A DNA stretch of 64,000 bases. It comes from a virus. Lineage: Duplodnaviria > Caudoviricetes. The notes under the pieces are model-generated. The model did not search any database. It was not told where the DNA came from and was given only the letters and a program-made list of their open reading frames with translations. The DNA is taken from the IMG/VR virus record IMGVR_UViG_2518645587_000001, positions 422 to 64,421 of that record; one strand, 5' to 3'. A program made the translations under genes and the position numbers. The number at the start of each line of letters is the position of its first letter. Within the stretch, counting starts at the first letter, position 1. Positions 61,970 through 64,000 of the stretch are shown in pieces.

Positions 61970-62290
61970 ATGCCAGCAGATGAGGCAGTAGAAGACGCGC
62001 GCCACGCGGACAACCAGCATCGAATCAAAGCGCTGGAGGAAGAGTTGGCAGCGGCTGTAGCAACGATTAATCGCCTGGACGCGCGCGCACAAGAGACGCT
62101 GGACGTGCTTGGCGCCATCAAGGGTCTGATCGACCAGCTGGACGTTCCGGCGCTGCGCGAGATGGCCGACGCGATGAACACGATGAAGGGCGGGGTCCGG
62201 GTGCTGGGCTGGCTCGAACGGCCAGCCAAGTGGCTGACGGTAATGGCGGCTCTGGCCGCTTCAATTTATGGACTGTGGAAACTCAAATGA
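61970..62290 (+). CDS. Lysis-region coiled-coil protein with C-terminal membrane helix
   Basis: Heptads, then WLTVMAALAASIYGLW. Confidence 0.65.
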   Translation: MPADEAVEDARHADNQHRIKALEEELAAAVATINRLDARAQETLDVLGAIKGLIDQLDVPALREMADAMNTMKGGVRVLGWLERPAKWLTVMAALAASIYGLWKLK

Positions 62291-62526
62291 AAAAACTCGA
62301 ACTGATCGAAGACTGGCGGGCGGTGCTTACGCGCGCCTGGTCGATGAAATTCAGCATCCTGGCCGCCATCCTCGGCGGCCTGGAGGTGGGCGTCCAGTAT
62401 GTGCAGCCGGCCGGCATCCCGAACGGCGTGTTCGCAGGAATCGCCTCGGCCGTGTCGCTGTCCGCCGCCGTGGCGCGCCTGGTGGCGCAGCGTGAACTGT
62501 CGGGAGGCGCCAATGGCAACGCCTAA
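62287..62526 (+). CDS. Holin
   Basis: LIEDWRAVLTRAWSMKF plus two hydrophobic segments; precedes lysozyme. Confidence 0.7.
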   Translation: MKKLELIEDWRAVLTRAWSMKFSILAAILGGLEVGVQYVQPAGIPNGVFAGIASAVSLSAAVARLVAQRELSGGANGNA

Positions 62527-62992
62527 ACAACGTGCAGCGGCCGCTGCGGTGCTGGCCACGATCATCGCCGTACCTGCCGAGGGCATCCGTCAGATCGCCT
62601 ACTACGACCCGCCCGGCATCCTGACCGTGTGCTACGGACACACCGGCGCCGACGTGGTGGCGAAGCGCCTGTACTCGATGGACGAATGCCGCGCGCTGCT
62701 GACGGCCGACATGCAGAAGGCGGTGGCCACAGTCGAGCGCTGCGTGCCAGGCCTGCCGGTACCGGTGCTGGCTGCCTTCGCCGACGCGGTATTCAATCTG
62801 GGCCCGACGCTGGTTTGCAGCCGCGCCAGCTCGACGGCCGCGCGCATGCTGTACGCCGGCGACCTGGTCGGCGCGTGCAACCAGCTGCCGCGCTGGGACA
62901 AGGCGCGCGTGCTGGGCGCCATGGTGGCTTTGCCGGGGCTGACCAAGCGCCGCGCCGCTGAGCGCAGCCTGTGCCTGACGGGGACGACATGA
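62513..62992 (+). CDS. GH24 lysozyme endolysin (SAR-type)
   Basis: Ala-rich N-terminal anchor; E-8x-D-5x-T triad (EGIRQIAYYDPPGILT); LPGLTKRR. Confidence 0.9.
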   Translation: MATPKQRAAAAAVLATIIAVPAEGIRQIAYYDPPGILTVCYGHTGADVVAKRLYSMDECRALLTADMQKAVATVERCVPGLPVPVLAAFADAVFNLGPTLVCSRASSTAARMLYAGDLVGACNQLPRWDKARVLGAMVALPGLTKRRAAERSLCLTGTT

Positions 62993-63354
62993 GCGCCGGC
63001 ATCAAGGCCGCGCCGATGAGCGACAACCAGGTGGCGTTCGATTGCCCCGGTTGCGGCGAGGTGCACGTGCTGCCGGTCGGCCCTGCCGCCGACGGCCACC
63101 AGCGGCCTATCTGGGGCTACAACGGCGACCCGGTGCGGCCGACATTCACGCCGTCGGTACTGGCACGCAACGGGCACCACATGGACGGCGACAAACAGGA
63201 GTGTTGGTGCAACTACGAGGCCCGCACCTGCCGCAAGTCGCCGTTCAAGTGCGGCGTGTGCCATTCGTTCGTCACCGACGGCCAGATCCAGTTCCTCAGC
63301 GATTGCACGCACGCGCTGGCCGGCCAGACCGTTCCTCTACCTGATTGGAGTTGA
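62989..63354 (+). CDS. Cys/His-rich conserved protein (DUF6527-like)
   Basis: FDCPGCGEVH, WGYNGD..RPTFTPS, CHSFVTDGQIQFLSDCTHALAG. Confidence 0.7.
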   Translation: MSAGIKAAPMSDNQVAFDCPGCGEVHVLPVGPAADGHQRPIWGYNGDPVRPTFTPSVLARNGHHMDGDKQECWCNYEARTCRKSPFKCGVCHSFVTDGQIQFLSDCTHALAGQTVPLPDWS

Positions 63355-63356
63355 CC

Positions 63357-63752
63357 ATGGATGCATTTAGCCTGGCCGGTGGCGCCGTCGTCGCCGGCAT
63401 ATGGAAAATCGCGGCGGTGGTGCTGGCCATCCTGCTGCTGGTAGTGATCACCGGCGCCGGTATGGGCTGGTGGCTGGCGGCCGCCGCGCGCGACCAGGCG
63501 CTGGCCAAGCTGGTGACGGAGCAGGGCGCCAGCGCCGCGCTGCGCGCCTCGATCGGCGTCCAAAACGAGGCGGTGGAATCGATGCAGCGCGCCACCGCCC
63601 AGGCCCAAGCGCGCGGCGCGGCTGCTCGAGCAGCGGCAGTGGCCGCCGCCCGGCGGTACGACGCCGCGCAGGCCAAACTGGCTGGAGTGCGCGCCACCAC
63701 CTGCGACGAGGCCATGCCGTTTGTCGATCAGCTACTGAAGGACGTCAAATGA
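63357..63752 (+). CDS. Inner-membrane spanin (Rz-like)
   Basis: N-terminal TM helix plus Ala-rich coiled coil. Confidence 0.75.
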   Translation: MDAFSLAGGAVVAGIWKIAAVVLAILLLVVITGAGMGWWLAAAARDQALAKLVTEQGASAALRASIGVQNEAVESMQRATAQAQARGAAARAAAVAAARRYDAAQAKLAGVRATTCDEAMPFVDQLLKDVK

Positions 63753-64000
63753 AAATCGCAATCATCTTGGGTACGCTGCTCCTGTCGGGCTGCGGCAGCG
63801 CGCCGCCGGTCACGCAAACCGTCTACGTGCCGTTGCACACGCCGTGCGTGAAGGACGTGCCGGCGCGGCCGGACTACGAATTCGACAAGCTGGCACTTGA
63901 CTCGTCGGCTGGTGAGAAGGTTCTGGCGCTGGCGCGAGACTGGACATCCGGGCGAAAATACCTGGAATTGCTTGAAGCAGTAGTCGCTGGTTGTTTATAG
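63749..64000 (+). CDS. Outer-membrane spanin lipoprotein (Rz1-like)
   Basis: Lipobox LLLSG-C; Pro-rich; coupled to the i-spanin. Confidence 0.8.
   Translation: MKIAIILGTLLLSGCGSAPPVTQTVYVPLHTPCVKDVPARPDYEFDKLALDSSAGEKVLALARDWTSGRKYLELLEAVVAGCL

Larger units (their letters stand above)
1..64000. mobile_element. Temperate lambdoid-type siphovirus prophage; both ends extend beyond the window
   Basis: Complete syntenic gene set: int/xis, recombination, cI/cro switch, replication, Q, terminase, portal, capsid, tail with tape measure, lysis. Confidence 0.95.

Noticed and set aside
1-64000. CRISPR array or cas genes
   Set aside because: No regularly spaced 25-45-bp repeats; the only spaced repeat has a 1.85-kb period and is protein coding
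1-64000. attL/attR of the prophage
   Set aside because: The integrase is cut at the left edge and the lysis genes reach the right edge, so both sites lie outside the window

Overview
The whole 64-kb window is one temperate, lambdoid-organised siphovirus prophage in a high-GC host. Oxalobacteraceae/Burkholderiales is my inference only. Left to right: integrase (cut by the window edge) and xis; a leftward early operon (Ead/Ea22-MazG-like fusion, ASCH, RdgC, NinB, KTSC, YqaJ, RecT, many tiny coupled ORFs, a tRNA-like element); pL/OL; KilA-N and lipoprotein morons; cI/OR/cro; a rightward early operon (antirepressor, C5 and N4/N6 methyltransferases, NinG, YdaU-type initiator with ori, DnaC-like loader, Q-like antiterminator); pR'/tR'; packaging, head and tail genes; and a lysis cassette. 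No att sites or host genes are visible. The standout observation is in the Q gene: its last ~30 codons occur three times (28282, 30144, 31997) as direct repeats that differ mostly at synonymous positions. The copies are separated by two ~1.85-kb units, each made of a large serine recombinase, a small conserved ORF and a conserved 55-bp arm carrying a promoter. This reads as two tandem minimal integrative elements that target the antiterminator gene and restore it with their own Q tail, so excision would swap the Q C-terminus. Other leads: an alternative-frame gene nested in the C5 methyltransferase, a tRNA-like cloverleaf, a shared junction motif that serves as RBS/start on one strand and extended -10 promoter for antisense morons on the other, a TM-HEPN-like moron, and a capsid protein with a signal-peptide-like extension.
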